A stretch of 64,000 nucleotides of DNA from Candidatus Latescibacterota bacterium (lineage in GTDB: Bacteria; Latescibacterota; UBA2968; GCA-2709665): positions 32,001 through 96,000 of the forward strand of contig CAXXJS010000020.1 in the NCBI GenBank assembly GCA_963662665.2. The letters run 5' to 3'. Below, piece after piece: positions 37,771 through 47,909 of the stretch (within the stretch, counting starts at the first letter, position 1; the number at the start of each line of letters is the position of its first letter). Both the position numbers and the translations under genes were made by a program. The notes beneath the pieces are model-generated. The model was not told the DNA's origin and made no database searches. It saw only the letters and a list, made by a program, of their open reading frames with translations.

Positions 37771-40008
37771 CTACGCCTTTACGGCGATGATTTCGGAAAC
37801 TTCCTGCTGCAGGCGCACCAGATTGTAGAACACGCCCTCCTTCGACAACAACTCACCGTGCGTGCCTGCCTCTACGATCCGCCCGCCATCCAGAACAACC
37901 AGGCGGTCCGCGTTCCGAAGCGTGGACAACCTGTGCGCGATCGCGAACGTCGTCCGACCGCGTACGAGGCGAGACACCGCCTCCTGAATCTGGACTTCCG
38001 TCTGAACGTCGACGCTGGATGTTGCTTCGTCCAGTATCAGAATCCTCGGATCGTGGAGGATTGCCCGCGCAAGCGACACCCGCTGTTTTTCACCTCCCGA
38101 CAAGTTCCCTCCCCTCTCTCCAACGTCGGAATCATATCCATCGGGCCTGGACACGATAAAGGCATGCGCATTGGCCGCCTTCGCCGCGTCCATGATTTCA
38201 TCGAGACCGGCGCCGGGCTTGCCGTAACCGATGTTCTCCGCAATGGTACCGCTGAATAGAACAGGTTCCTGAAGGACGATGCCGATTTGAGCGCGCAGAT
38301 CCTCCAGCCGAATATTACGGACGTCCATACCGTCGATCTCGATTCCTCCCGCATCCACGTCGTAAAATCTGCATATCAGGTTTACCAGCGTTGTCTTGCC
38401 CACACCCGATTTGCCCACGAGTCCGATCATCTCTCCCGGCTCGACATCGAGGTCGATTTCCCGCAAAACGGGCTTGGATTTGTCATAGCCAAAGGTCACA
38501 TTTCTGAACCGGACTCGACCTTCCATTGTCGGCAAGGAGGCAGCACCGGGGTCATCGTACGCTTCGGGCGGAGTATCGATGACTTCGAAGACACGCTCGG
38601 CCCCGGTCAGCGCACGTGACATCCAGTTGCTCACCATGCCGAACCACTGCAGCGGGCCGTAGAGGAGCCACATGTAGCTGTAGAACGCCATTAGCGTGCC
38701 CAGTGTCAACTCCCCGCCCAGCACCTTCTGTCCCCCGAAAAACCAGACAATCAACACGCCCAGGCTACTCAGAAAAGTCGTCGTGGTCCAGAAGACCGCC
38801 CAACTGGTTTCCGCCCGTACGGCCCTAAACGTAAGGTCACGGTTACACCGCTCGAATACTTCGATCTCTCGTTTCTCCTGAGTAAACGCTTTAACGATCC
38901 GAATGCCTGCAACGGCTTCGTTCACGCGGGCGATCAATTCAGACCAGCATCTGTACCACCTGGCATAGTGGGTGCGCATCCGTTTCCAGCAGACAGCTGT
39001 TCCGGCCACAACAAGCGGCATGGGAATGAGCACAAGGAGCGTAAGGCGCCAGTTCATCAGCAGCAGCGCGACCATAATGCCCAGAAACATCAGGCTGTTG
39101 GTGATGAGATAGGGCAATCCGTCGACCAGAAAGTGCTGCAATCGCTCGGTGTCCCTCGTCACACGTGACATGAGCCCGCCGACCTGACGCTTGTCGTAGA
39201 ACTGAAGCGAAAGCAGTTCCAGGCGTCGATACAGCTGACTTCGAATGTCGGCCGTCACCCTCGCGCTCAGCCAGGTCGTCGTCCATCCGTGCAGCCATTC
39301 CGCTCCCCAGGTAATCAACCGTACGCCCACGAGAGCAAGCACCAGGTGAACCAACAGTTCCAGCCGACCGCCAACGTCAGACGTCGCTTCGGGCGCCAGG
39401 ACCTCATCCACGATCAGCCGGGTAATCTGAGGCGGAATCAACTCGGCGGCCGTTGTGACGACGGTTGCAAGCGCAAGCAACGCCGCACGTCTTCCATACG
39501 GCGCAAGGTACCGTGCGATTCGTGCCAGCACATCCATCCGTTTCAGGCATGCAGGACAGATCCCGTTCTTCTCAGGCAACAGCCGCCCACAGGTCTCGCA
39601 TCGACTCCGCTCGGGCGCGATACCCGCTAACAGCCGCTGGGACGTCCTGAGCCGCTCAATACCGCGGGCCAACTCCGAAAACTCCCCCGCACGGGTCTGG
39701 GAATGTAGTACACGTATTGTTGGCAGGCTCTTGCGTTCGATCTCCAGCTCTGCACCTCCCACAAGGGGTTCTGTTCTGGCGCACCTCACATCTTCCAGGG
39801 GAACGTCCACTGTGGGTCGTGTGTCTCTTTCATCCAACACAAGAATCCGTTTTCGTGTCACGACCACCGACTGCGCGCCATAGCAGCCAAGGGCGTCAAT
39901 GTCCGAACGGGCATGCAGCAAGGGCATCTCGCCGTCATCCAGAACAGCGCGTACACGAGACGGGATGCCGTGGATCGGATTCTCATGCAATGAATCCATA
40001 GTTTTCAC
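37771..40008 (-). CDS. ABC exporter (TMD+NBD) with N-terminal PH-like and Zn-ribbon extension, paralog of the downstream gene
   Basis: CETCGRLLPEKNGICPAC; GKSGVGKTT, LSGGEKQR, ILDEATSS, IAHRLST. Confidence 0.92.
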   Translation of the reverse strand: MKTMDSLHENPIHGIPSRVRAVLDDGEMPLLHARSDIDALGCYGAQSVVVTRKRILVLDERDTRPTVDVPLEDVRCARTEPLVGGAELEIERKSLPTIRVLHSQTRAGEFSELARGIERLRTSQRLLAGIAPERSRCETCGRLLPEKNGICPACLKRMDVLARIARYLAPYGRRAALLALATVVTTAAELIPPQITRLIVDEVLAPEATSDVGGRLELLVHLVLALVGVRLITWGAEWLHGWTTTWLSARVTADIRSQLYRRLELLSLQFYDKRQVGGLMSRVTRDTERLQHFLVDGLPYLITNSLMFLGIMVALLLMNWRLTLLVLIPMPLVVAGTAVCWKRMRTHYARWYRCWSELIARVNEAVAGIRIVKAFTQEKREIEVFERCNRDLTFRAVRAETSWAVFWTTTTFLSSLGVLIVWFFGGQKVLGGELTLGTLMAFYSYMWLLYGPLQWFGMVSNWMSRALTGAERVFEVIDTPPEAYDDPGAASLPTMEGRVRFRNVTFGYDKSKPVLREIDLDVEPGEMIGLVGKSGVGKTTLVNLICRFYDVDAGGIEIDGMDVRNIRLEDLRAQIGIVLQEPVLFSGTIAENIGYGKPGAGLDEIMDAAKAANAHAFIVSRPDGYDSDVGERGGNLSGGEKQRVSLARAILHDPRILILDEATSSVDVQTEVQIQEAVSRLVRGRTTFAIAHRLSTLRNADRLVVLDGGRIVEAGTHGELLSKEGVFYNLVRLQQEVSEIIAVKA

Positions 40009-40117
40009 GTCCTCTTATACCTGCCTGGTCACCAACCTCGAATCTCAATGTCAGGCGTCATCCGATGCGACCATTCCCGCCAGCAACCGGTTTCGAACAA
40101 CCACACCCTCACCAATC

Positions 40118-40153
40118 AAAAAAGCGTCGACCTTCGTGCGAATAGCGACGCTT
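40118..40153 (-). terminator. Putative intrinsic terminator between the CBM9-like gene and the ABC pair
   Basis: Minus strand AAGCGTCG-ctattcgcacgaaggt-CGACGCTT followed by TTTT. Confidence 0.6.
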
Positions 40154-40192
40154 CGAAGTTTGTGCAATGGGTTCGACTTACCGCCGCCCGGT

Positions 40193-40837
40193 TCATTCTG
40201 CAAGTTCAACGGTGCCCCAGAGGCTCGGATCGTACGAAACCGGAAGCGGCTCGTCTGCGGTCCAGAACTGTCGACCCTGTTTCCGATCCTGCAGCAAATA
40301 GGTAAATCCCAAGAGACGGTTTTCTTCCGGATCGAACCCTGTCAACAATTCGGCCGGCAAAGACACCTCCATGCGGTATCCGGTTCCGGATTCATCGCTG
40401 GCCACCGGCAATTCCGAGGGTTCGCAGAGCTTCGAGTGCCCGCGGGCCCGCCGGATTCGTACCTGTCCACCCCTCGGCTTCCGGCTACCTGCTCCAGGCA
40501 GGAAATAGAAGTGGTGGCAGTACCGGCTTGCACGGTGTGCGTTGCGAACATCCCGGGTATCCAGCCAGATTTGCAGGCCATCTCCCTGTAGCGGACGCCG
40601 GTCGTCCACGTTAGCGCCGGCCGCCCTCTTTACATCCACGGCAAAATAAAGGCCGTGCTCGTTCCAGGCGGCGTAAACATCGGCAAACGCCACTCGTCCG
40701 TCCACAGCCGTAAGGTCCGGTATCCGGAAGGTCCGGTCCCAATCGTGCAGGTCTCCGTCCATGCACGGCGGCTCTTTCCGGTATGGACACTTCCAGGCGA
40801 AACTGAAGAAAACGCGTTTGGATATCTCCAGATTCAT
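40193..40837 (-). CDS. CBM9-like/DOMON-like sugar-binding domain protein
   Basis: MDGDLHDW, VYAAWNEHGLYFAVDV, GDGLQIWLD, GYRMEVSLP, PSLWGTVEL; no signal peptide. Confidence 0.75.
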   Translation of the reverse strand: MNLEISKRVFFSFAWKCPYRKEPPCMDGDLHDWDRTFRIPDLTAVDGRVAFADVYAAWNEHGLYFAVDVKRAAGANVDDRRPLQGDGLQIWLDTRDVRNAHRASRYCHHFYFLPGAGSRKPRGGQVRIRRARGHSKLCEPSELPVASDESGTGYRMEVSLPAELLTGFDPEENRLLGFTYLLQDRKQGRQFWTADEPLPVSYDPSLWGTVELAE

Positions 40838-40857
40838 CGATCCACGTCTCCGGTCGA

Positions 40858-41895
40858 TCAGACCACGTTACCCTCTTTACGCACAACCGCCGAGTTCTCC
40901 ATTGCGTTTCCCTGAACAAGAATCGGCCGGTCTGTTCCGGTCTGGTCGTTGACAATCAGGTCGACATTATGAAAGTGGTTTCCGGTAATCGACATGCCGG
41001 CCCCGGTGAGCCACAGTGGCAGGCGCTCTTTCGGATGCGGCCCCCGAATCACGTTTCCGGAAACGGCCGTGTTGAAACCCCGCACATCCATCGCCAGCCC
41101 CAGACTCCCACCCTTATCCACAGTAACGATATTTCCTGAAATCACATGGCGCTCGGATTCGGTCCAGGACCGGAACGCAATGTCCAGGTCACCACCTTTG
41201 CGCACGAAAACCTGGTTATTCGCCATAACGATCGAGTCTCCCGCATCGGATCCCACGGCGACGTGTGTTCGTCCTGTAATTTCCACAAAATTGCCCATCA
41301 CGAAACCAGGGCCGCCCAGAAGCTCCACGGCGTCTGAATTCGCATTTCCCAACAGGTTGTTTATTACCCTCATATTCGGCCCCTGAAGCATAATGCCAAG
41401 TCGCTGGGCATTAAGCACAGTGCAGTTCTGTATGGTAATATTGTGCGTTGGCTTCGGACAGGATCCACCGGGTGCCGCACAGAATGCTTTGATGCCGTTG
41501 TACTCGAACCGGCCGTGGGAGATACTATGGAGCTCGGCGCCATTGTACGGATTCCGGTCTCTATTCTGGTCCACCCAGAGATCCCTGATTGTAATATTCC
41601 CTATGCCGTTCCCGATAATGCGGATCACGTTCGTATTCTGTTCGGCCGCCAGAATCAGCCGGGTCGCGGCGCCCTGCCCTGCCAGCGTCACGTTGCTCCG
41701 GTCGATGATCAGCCCGCCGAGGGTACCCGCCACCCTGCGGATGTCGTAGACACCCTCCTTCAGGACGACCGTGCCGCCCGACGGCGGAAGCGATTGAATC
41801 GCCGCGTAGATTTCCTCCTGGTCGCCGTGTCCGTCGCCGACGAAATCGGCTGCGTTCCTGGATTTCTCAGACGAATTCCGGGTTGCGACTACCAT
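40858..41895 (-). CDS. Right-handed parallel beta-helix protein (pectate lyase-like fold)
   Basis: ADFVGDGHGDQEEIYAAIQSL..GGTVVLKEGVY N-cap; repeated ISGN/ITGN/VQGN rungs. Confidence 0.8.
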   Translation of the reverse strand: MVVATRNSSEKSRNAADFVGDGHGDQEEIYAAIQSLPPSGGTVVLKEGVYDIRRVAGTLGGLIIDRSNVTLAGQGAATRLILAAEQNTNVIRIIGNGIGNITIRDLWVDQNRDRNPYNGAELHSISHGRFEYNGIKAFCAAPGGSCPKPTHNITIQNCTVLNAQRLGIMLQGPNMRVINNLLGNANSDAVELLGGPGFVMGNFVEITGRTHVAVGSDAGDSIVMANNQVFVRKGGDLDIAFRSWTESERHVISGNIVTVDKGGSLGLAMDVRGFNTAVSGNVIRGPHPKERLPLWLTGAGMSITGNHFHNVDLIVNDQTGTDRPILVQGNAMENSAVVRKEGNVV

Positions 41896-41993
41896 GTTAT
41901 TCCCCCGAATGTTGACCGTGGAACTCCGTTACAGGCGCTATGGTACACTCAGTACGGATGCATCTTGCGAATGACCTGAAGCGACAGGGCGCC

Positions 41994-44900
41994 TCAGGCG
42001 GGAACGTCGGGCGATTCCGATACACGCCCGTTGCCGTGGTCGAGCACCGTTCTCAGGAACCGGCCCGTGTGCGATGCATCGACTCGTGCCACATCCTCAG
42101 GCGTGCCCTCCGCAACCAGGTACCCGCCCTCATCACCGCCCTCCGGCCCCAGGTCGATGATCCGGTCCGCCGTCTTGATGACATCCAGATTGTGCTCGAT
42201 AACAATGACCGTATTGCCGGCGTCTACGAGTCGATTCAGGACATCGAGCAGCCTGGCCACGTCCGCAACATGCAATCCGGTGGTGGGCTCGTCCAGCAGA
42301 TACACGGTCTTTCCCGTACTGGGCCGAGCGAGTTCCCTGGCGAGTTTTACCCGCTGCGCCTCGCCGCCCGACAGCGTGGTTGACGCCTGACCCATCTTGA
42401 TGTACCCCAGTCCCACGTCAACCAGGGTCTTGAGGGTTCGCCTGATTCCCGGCACATTTGCGAACTGCCGTAGCGCATGGTCGACCGTCATCTCCAACAC
42501 CTCGGCAACGGACCGGCCCTTGTACAGCACACTCGCCACGTCCCGGTTGTACCGTTTCCCGTTGCAATCCTCGCATGTCACCCAGACATCGGGGAGAAAA
42601 TGCATCTCGATACACCGTGAACCCAGCCCCTTGCAGGCGTCGCAGCGTCCCTTCCGGTGATTGAAGCTGAAGTGCCCGGGCGAAAACCCGCGTATCCGTG
42701 CATCGGGCAATTGTGCATAGAGCTTGCGAACCTTGTCGAACACTTTCACGTAGGTCGCCGGGTTGCTGCGCGGAGAGAACCCGATCGGGGACTGGTCGAT
42801 ATTGATTACCTTGTCGATGCAGTCCATCCCCCGGACCTCGTCGTGTTCGGCCGCGGAACGTGGGACGTGATTGACCCTCGCGGCAAGCGCCCCGTAAAGG
42901 ACGTCGTTTACAAGCGATGACTTCCCCGACCCCGATACACCCGTGACGCCGATCAGCATCGCCAACGGAAACTTTACGGTCAGGCCCTTCAGATTGTTGT
43001 GGCGGGCGCTGACCACTTCGAGACATCCTTTAAGCGGCGTCCGCCGGGGCGGCTGTGGGATGGCCAGCCCGCCAGTCAGATATTTAGCCGTCAGTGATCC
43101 ATTCTCAATACTCAGGCGTTTCGGAGGGCCCTCCGCCACCAGCATTCCCCCGTGAGCCCCGGCCCCGGGTCCGAAATCCACAATGTGATCCGCCGTTTCC
43201 AGCGTCTCGCGATCGTGCTCGACGACCAGGAGGGTGTTGCCGAGGTCCCGCAACTGACGCAGGGCATCGAGCAACCGTCGATTGTCCCGCTGATGAAGTC
43301 CGATAGTAGGCTCATCCAGCACGTAGAGGACGCCGGTCAGTCCTGAACCGATCTGGCTGGCGAGACGGATCCGCTGCGCTTCGCCGCCCGACAACGTGGG
43401 CGCCCTTCGCGAAAGCGACAGGTAACCCAGGCCGACTTCGTGCAGGAACCGCATCCTGACGCGTATTTCCTGGAGGACTTCGCCGACGGCGTCCAGCTCT
43501 CGCCCGGTCAGCGCCAGATCCATAAGCCAGCGTCTTGACGCGCCGATGGGCAGGTCAACCAATTCGCAAAGCGATATGCCGCGCAGACGGACGGCGGCAC
43601 TTTCCGGCTTGAGGCGCGCGCCTTTGCACGCACGACACGGCACGTCTTCTACCAGATCGCCCATCTTTTCACGAAACCGCGGGGAAAGCCTCGCCAACTC
43701 CTCCAGCGAATTGAACAGACCCTTGTATTGGAATCGCATGCCGTCCGTGCCCTGAATCCATCGTTCCCCGGTTCCGTAGAGCAGCACTTCCTGTGCCGTC
43801 TGTGACATCTGCGCGACCGGCGTTTCCAGGTCGAACTCGCCCACTTTGCCTACCGAACGAATCAATGCCGCCAACGGACCGTCTTTCAGTGCGCCGAGAA
43901 TCGGAACGGCCCCGCGGGACAAGGACCACTGAGGCTCCGGAATCAGCGTGTTCTTGCCCATCCCCCTCTGGGTGCCCAGACCTTCGCAAGAGGTACACCA
44001 GCCCTCATGGCTGTTGAACGAAAGTTGTTGAGGGGTGACCTCTTCGAAGCTTCTTCCGCACGACGGACAGGACAGAACCTGGCTGAATCTGGTTTCCCGG
44101 TCATCGTCGGGAGACGCCACGATGACGACGCCGCCCGACAACACCAGCGCCTTCTCGATGGAATCAGCGATGCGTTTTCGCACGCCGGGCCGGAGCGTGA
44201 TTCGATCCACCAGAATCTCCAGCCTGTGTGACTGCCGATAGTCGATCTCGGCGGCGGTATTCAGGTCAAACACGTCCCCATCCAACCGGCCCCGCAGGAA
44301 TCCGGCCCGCGCGGCCCTGGAAATCAATCCGTTATAGTCCTCCCCCTTGCCCGGCCGCTGGGGGCTTAGCAGAAATACCCGTCTTCCCGATGGCATTCCA
44401 AGGATTCGGTCGACGATTTCCCGAACCGCGAGCGCCCCGGCGCGCACCCCGCAGTCCGGGCAATGAACCTCTCCCGCCAGCGCGAACAGCGCCCTCAGGT
44501 AGTCGTACACTTCGGTTACCGTACCCACGGTAGAGCGCGGGTTCCTGCTGGCGGCTTTCTGCTCGATGGCGATTGCCGGCGACAAACCGATAACGCGCTC
44601 GACCTTCGGCTTGGGAAGCTGACCCAAAAACTGCCGCGCGTATGCCGAGAGCGATTCCACGTATCGCCTCTGGCCCTCGGCGAAAACCGTATCCAGCGCC
44701 AACGAAGACTTTCCCGATCCAGAAACACCCGATACCACGGTCAGCCGCTCCCGTGGAATCCGCACGTCCACGTTACGAAGATTGTTCTCCCTCGCACCGG
44801 TTACCTGGATCTCCCGAACGAGTTTCCTGGCCCCGTCCTGACGGCGATCTTCCCCGCCTGTCGACACTGGGCCATGTCTGTTCACCAATGCGGACCGCAG

Positions 44901-47693
44901 AGGATTTGCCGTAAGCGAACGCCTGGACCGCCCCACGTGTTCCGGCGTCCCCTGCACCACCACGCGCCCGCCGGCTTCCCCGCCGCCGGGCCCGAGGTCG
45001 ATCACCCAGTCCGCAGTCTTGACGACATCCATGTTGTGTTCGATGACCACCACAGTATTGCCCAGTTCCACGAGCCGGTGAAGCACCTTCAGAAGACTCT
45101 GTATATCTGCAAAATGCAGCCCTGTCGTGGGCTCATCCAAAATATAAAGCGTAGCACCTGTCTGTTTGCGGCACAGTTCTTTAGCCAGTTTTATCCTTTG
45201 AGCTTCTCCGCCGGACAGCGTTGGCGCCGGCTGCCCGAGTTTCACGTAGCCCATCCCCACCTCGACCAGCACCTCCAGTATGCGATGGATCTGTGGCACG
45301 GCATCGAAAAAGGTACATGCCCGCTTCACCTCCATTTCCAGCACATCCGCTATGGACGCACCCTTGTACCGAACGTCCAGCGTCTCCCGATTGAAACGCC
45401 TTCCTTCACAGACGTCGCACGGCACCCATACGTCGGCCAGAAAATCCATCTCGACGATATTTGCGCCATTTCCGTTGCAGGCCTCGCACCGCCCGCCTTT
45501 CACATTGAAACTGAACCGTCCCTGCCGGTACCCCCGTACCCTGGATTCCGGAAGGTCCGCGTACAACGCCCTGATCGGGCCGAACACCCCGGTATAGGTG
45601 GCCGGATTGCTCCTTGGCGTGCGCCCGATCGGCTGCTGGTCGATTTCGATAACTTTGTCCAGCGCATCGATGCCTTCAATGCGGTCGAATTCTCCGGGTT
45701 CGGTTTCGGCCCGATTCAATTCTCGCGCCAGCGTCCGGTAGACAATGTCGTTGATGAGCGAACTCTTCCCCGAACCGGATACCCCGGTCACACAGGTGAA
45801 TACGCCCAGTGGGAGTTCAACGTCGATTCCCTTCAGGTTATTCTGCCTGGCGCCGTAAACGGACAGATGCAGTCCCGTGTGCGCCCTGCGGCCGGGTACT
45901 GCGATGGATTCTTTCCCGGCAAGATAGGCACCCGTTCTGGACCTTTCCGACAATGCGATCGCGGGCCAGGGACCGGAAGCGACCACCTCCCCTCCCAGGT
46001 GGCCTGGGCCCGGCCCGAAATCCACGATCGAGTCCGCCCTCCTCATCGTTTCCTCATCGTGTTCCACGACAATGATGGTATTGCCGGCGTCCCGCAGCAG
46101 GCACAGCGCGTCCAGCAGCCTCCTGTTGTCGTGTTGGTGCAGCCCGATCGAGGGTTCGTCCAGCACGTAAGTGACCCCGACCAGGCCGCTGCCGATCTGA
46201 CCAGCCAGCCGGATGCGCTGCGCTTCGCCCCCGGACAGTGTCGGCGCCGTACGTTCCAGCGTCAGATAGTCAAGGCCGACGTCAAGCAGGAATCTGAGCC
46301 GGCCCAGGATTTCCTTGAGTGCATCTTCCGCGATCATCCGGCGGCTTTCGGTAAGATTCAAACCGCAAAAGAATGCGTAGGCGTTTCCAACCGACATCGC
46401 CGCGACCGCCGGCAGCGATTTTCCCGCGATAGTCACCGCTGCGGCTTCACCCCTCAACCGCGCGCCGCCGCACGTGGGACATCTTCCCGTCCGCATGTAC
46501 GGTCCCAGCCTTCGGCGCCAGGCCGGTGATCCACCCTCCGCGTACCTGCGTTCCAGAGGCGGGAAGATTCCCTCGAACGAATCGTAATGCGTCCAGACTC
46601 TGCCGTCACGTTTCTGCCACTCGAGCGTTATGGGCTTCTTCACTCCGTACAGCAGTTCCTCCCGTGCGGTCTCGGTAATTTCCTTCCACGGTGTATTCAC
46701 GTCAACGCCATGGCGTGCCAATACACCGTTGTAATAGTGTATCTTCCACCGGTTTCGAGGCTCCCCGAGCGGCGCAACTGCGCCGTCCATTACAGACACG
46801 GAGTCGTCCGGTACCGAGCGTTTCGGGTCCAGGGCAATCTGAGTACCGAGACCCTTGCACGTGGGACACATCCCCTGCGGATTGTTGAACGAGAACAACT
46901 GAGGCGTCGGTTCGGTGGCGCTCAATCCGCAATGGGTGCAGGCAAAGCTGGAACTCAGCAGCAGATCCTCGTCTTCCTCGAATCCGACAATCAGCGTGCC
47001 TCCGCCATATCCAAGGGCCGCGTCGACCGCCTCGCCGATGCGCCCATGTCCATCTTCCCGCACGACTAGCCGGTCCACGACAAGGTCGATATCGTGTCGG
47101 ATGTGTCGTTCGAGCCGCTGCGACTCGGTCAGTGGCACGATACGGCCGTCGACGCGGACACGGAGGTACCCGTCCCGTTGGAGATCGTCGAACAGATCCA
47201 GATACTCCCCTTTTCTCCCGCGTATAAGCGGCGCCATGACGTGGATCCGCGTTCCTGCGCCAAGCGCCATGATCCGGTCCACGATGCCGTCGCGTGTCTG
47301 TGCGCCGATCGGTGTTCCGCACGACACGCAATGCGGCACGCCAACCCTTGCGTACAAAACGCGAAGGTAGTCGTAGATTTCCGTCATTGTGCCCACGGTC
47401 GACCTGGGATTCCGTGCGGCGGCCTTCTGCTCGATGGACACCGTCGGCGAGAGGCCCGTAATCTGGTCCACGTCGGGCTTTCGTATCTGTCCCAGAAACT
47501 GGCGGGCATACGCGGAAAGGGACTCTATATAACGACGCTGGCCCTCTGCAAAGATGGTATCGAAGGCCAGAGAGGACTTTCCGGAACCGGAAACACCCGT
47601 AAAGCAAATCAGTTGATTTCGCGGCAGGGTCAGGCTCACATCCTTCAGGTTATGAACCCGCGCCCCCTTAATGACAATATCACGCGTTTCCAT
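41994..47693 (-). CDS. uvrA: Excinuclease ABC subunit A, tandem-duplicated (two UvrA modules in one ~1900-aa ORF)
   Basis: GARVHNLK...GVSGSGKSS...EGQRRYIESLSAYARQFL at the start and again near 44816 (GARENNLR...EGQRRYVESLSAYARQFL); four Walker A and four LSGGEAQR motifs. Confidence 0.95.
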   Translation of the reverse strand: METRDIVIKGARVHNLKDVSLTLPRNQLICFTGVSGSGKSSLAFDTIFAEGQRRYIESLSAYARQFLGQIRKPDVDQITGLSPTVSIEQKAAARNPRSTVGTMTEIYDYLRVLYARVGVPHCVSCGTPIGAQTRDGIVDRIMALGAGTRIHVMAPLIRGRKGEYLDLFDDLQRDGYLRVRVDGRIVPLTESQRLERHIRHDIDLVVDRLVVREDGHGRIGEAVDAALGYGGGTLIVGFEEDEDLLLSSSFACTHCGLSATEPTPQLFSFNNPQGMCPTCKGLGTQIALDPKRSVPDDSVSVMDGAVAPLGEPRNRWKIHYYNGVLARHGVDVNTPWKEITETAREELLYGVKKPITLEWQKRDGRVWTHYDSFEGIFPPLERRYAEGGSPAWRRRLGPYMRTGRCPTCGGARLRGEAAAVTIAGKSLPAVAAMSVGNAYAFFCGLNLTESRRMIAEDALKEILGRLRFLLDVGLDYLTLERTAPTLSGGEAQRIRLAGQIGSGLVGVTYVLDEPSIGLHQHDNRRLLDALCLLRDAGNTIIVVEHDEETMRRADSIVDFGPGPGHLGGEVVASGPWPAIALSERSRTGAYLAGKESIAVPGRRAHTGLHLSVYGARQNNLKGIDVELPLGVFTCVTGVSGSGKSSLINDIVYRTLARELNRAETEPGEFDRIEGIDALDKVIEIDQQPIGRTPRSNPATYTGVFGPIRALYADLPESRVRGYRQGRFSFNVKGGRCEACNGNGANIVEMDFLADVWVPCDVCEGRRFNRETLDVRYKGASIADVLEMEVKRACTFFDAVPQIHRILEVLVEVGMGYVKLGQPAPTLSGGEAQRIKLAKELCRKQTGATLYILDEPTTGLHFADIQSLLKVLHRLVELGNTVVVIEHNMDVVKTADWVIDLGPGGGEAGGRVVVQGTPEHVGRSRRSLTANPLRSALVNRHGPVSTGGEDRRQDGARKLVREIQVTGARENNLRNVDVRIPRERLTVVSGVSGSGKSSLALDTVFAEGQRRYVESLSAYARQFLGQLPKPKVERVIGLSPAIAIEQKAASRNPRSTVGTVTEVYDYLRALFALAGEVHCPDCGVRAGALAVREIVDRILGMPSGRRVFLLSPQRPGKGEDYNGLISRAARAGFLRGRLDGDVFDLNTAAEIDYRQSHRLEILVDRITLRPGVRKRIADSIEKALVLSGGVVIVASPDDDRETRFSQVLSCPSCGRSFEEVTPQQLSFNSHEGWCTSCEGLGTQRGMGKNTLIPEPQWSLSRGAVPILGALKDGPLAALIRSVGKVGEFDLETPVAQMSQTAQEVLLYGTGERWIQGTDGMRFQYKGLFNSLEELARLSPRFREKMGDLVEDVPCRACKGARLKPESAAVRLRGISLCELVDLPIGASRRWLMDLALTGRELDAVGEVLQEIRVRMRFLHEVGLGYLSLSRRAPTLSGGEAQRIRLASQIGSGLTGVLYVLDEPTIGLHQRDNRRLLDALRQLRDLGNTLLVVEHDRETLETADHIVDFGPGAGAHGGMLVAEGPPKRLSIENGSLTAKYLTGGLAIPQPPRRTPLKGCLEVVSARHNNLKGLTVKFPLAMLIGVTGVSGSGKSSLVNDVLYGALAARVNHVPRSAAEHDEVRGMDCIDKVINIDQSPIGFSPRSNPATYVKVFDKVRKLYAQLPDARIRGFSPGHFSFNHRKGRCDACKGLGSRCIEMHFLPDVWVTCEDCNGKRYNRDVASVLYKGRSVAEVLEMTVDHALRQFANVPGIRRTLKTLVDVGLGYIKMGQASTTLSGGEAQRVKLARELARPSTGKTVYLLDEPTTGLHVADVARLLDVLNRLVDAGNTVIVIEHNLDVIKTADRIIDLGPEGGDEGGYLVAEGTPEDVARVDASHTGRFLRTVLDHGNGRVSESPDVPA

Positions 47694-47909
47694 GAATCCA
47701 ATGCTTTCCCGGTTGATTCTGGTGGGAAAAACCGTCCATCCTCTATTGACTGCCCCTGGTATCGAACATCCGGAGGCCGTCCGGATCGATATCATTCACC
47801 ATACACCTCATCCGATAACCAATCGCCAAGCTTGTAACCGGTAACGCGGAGTATTGAACCCTACCGGATTTCATTCCCGGTGCGTACCCGCTTCCGGTAA
47901 CCGATTCTC

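Noticed and set aside
44463-46529. 688-aa plus-strand ORF (and other long antisense ORFs such as 55580-56644, 23339-24376, 20362-21291)
   Set aside because: Antisense shadows of well-conserved genes (uvrA, gmd, ggt, oxidoreductase) in GC-rich DNA, with no recognisable motifs
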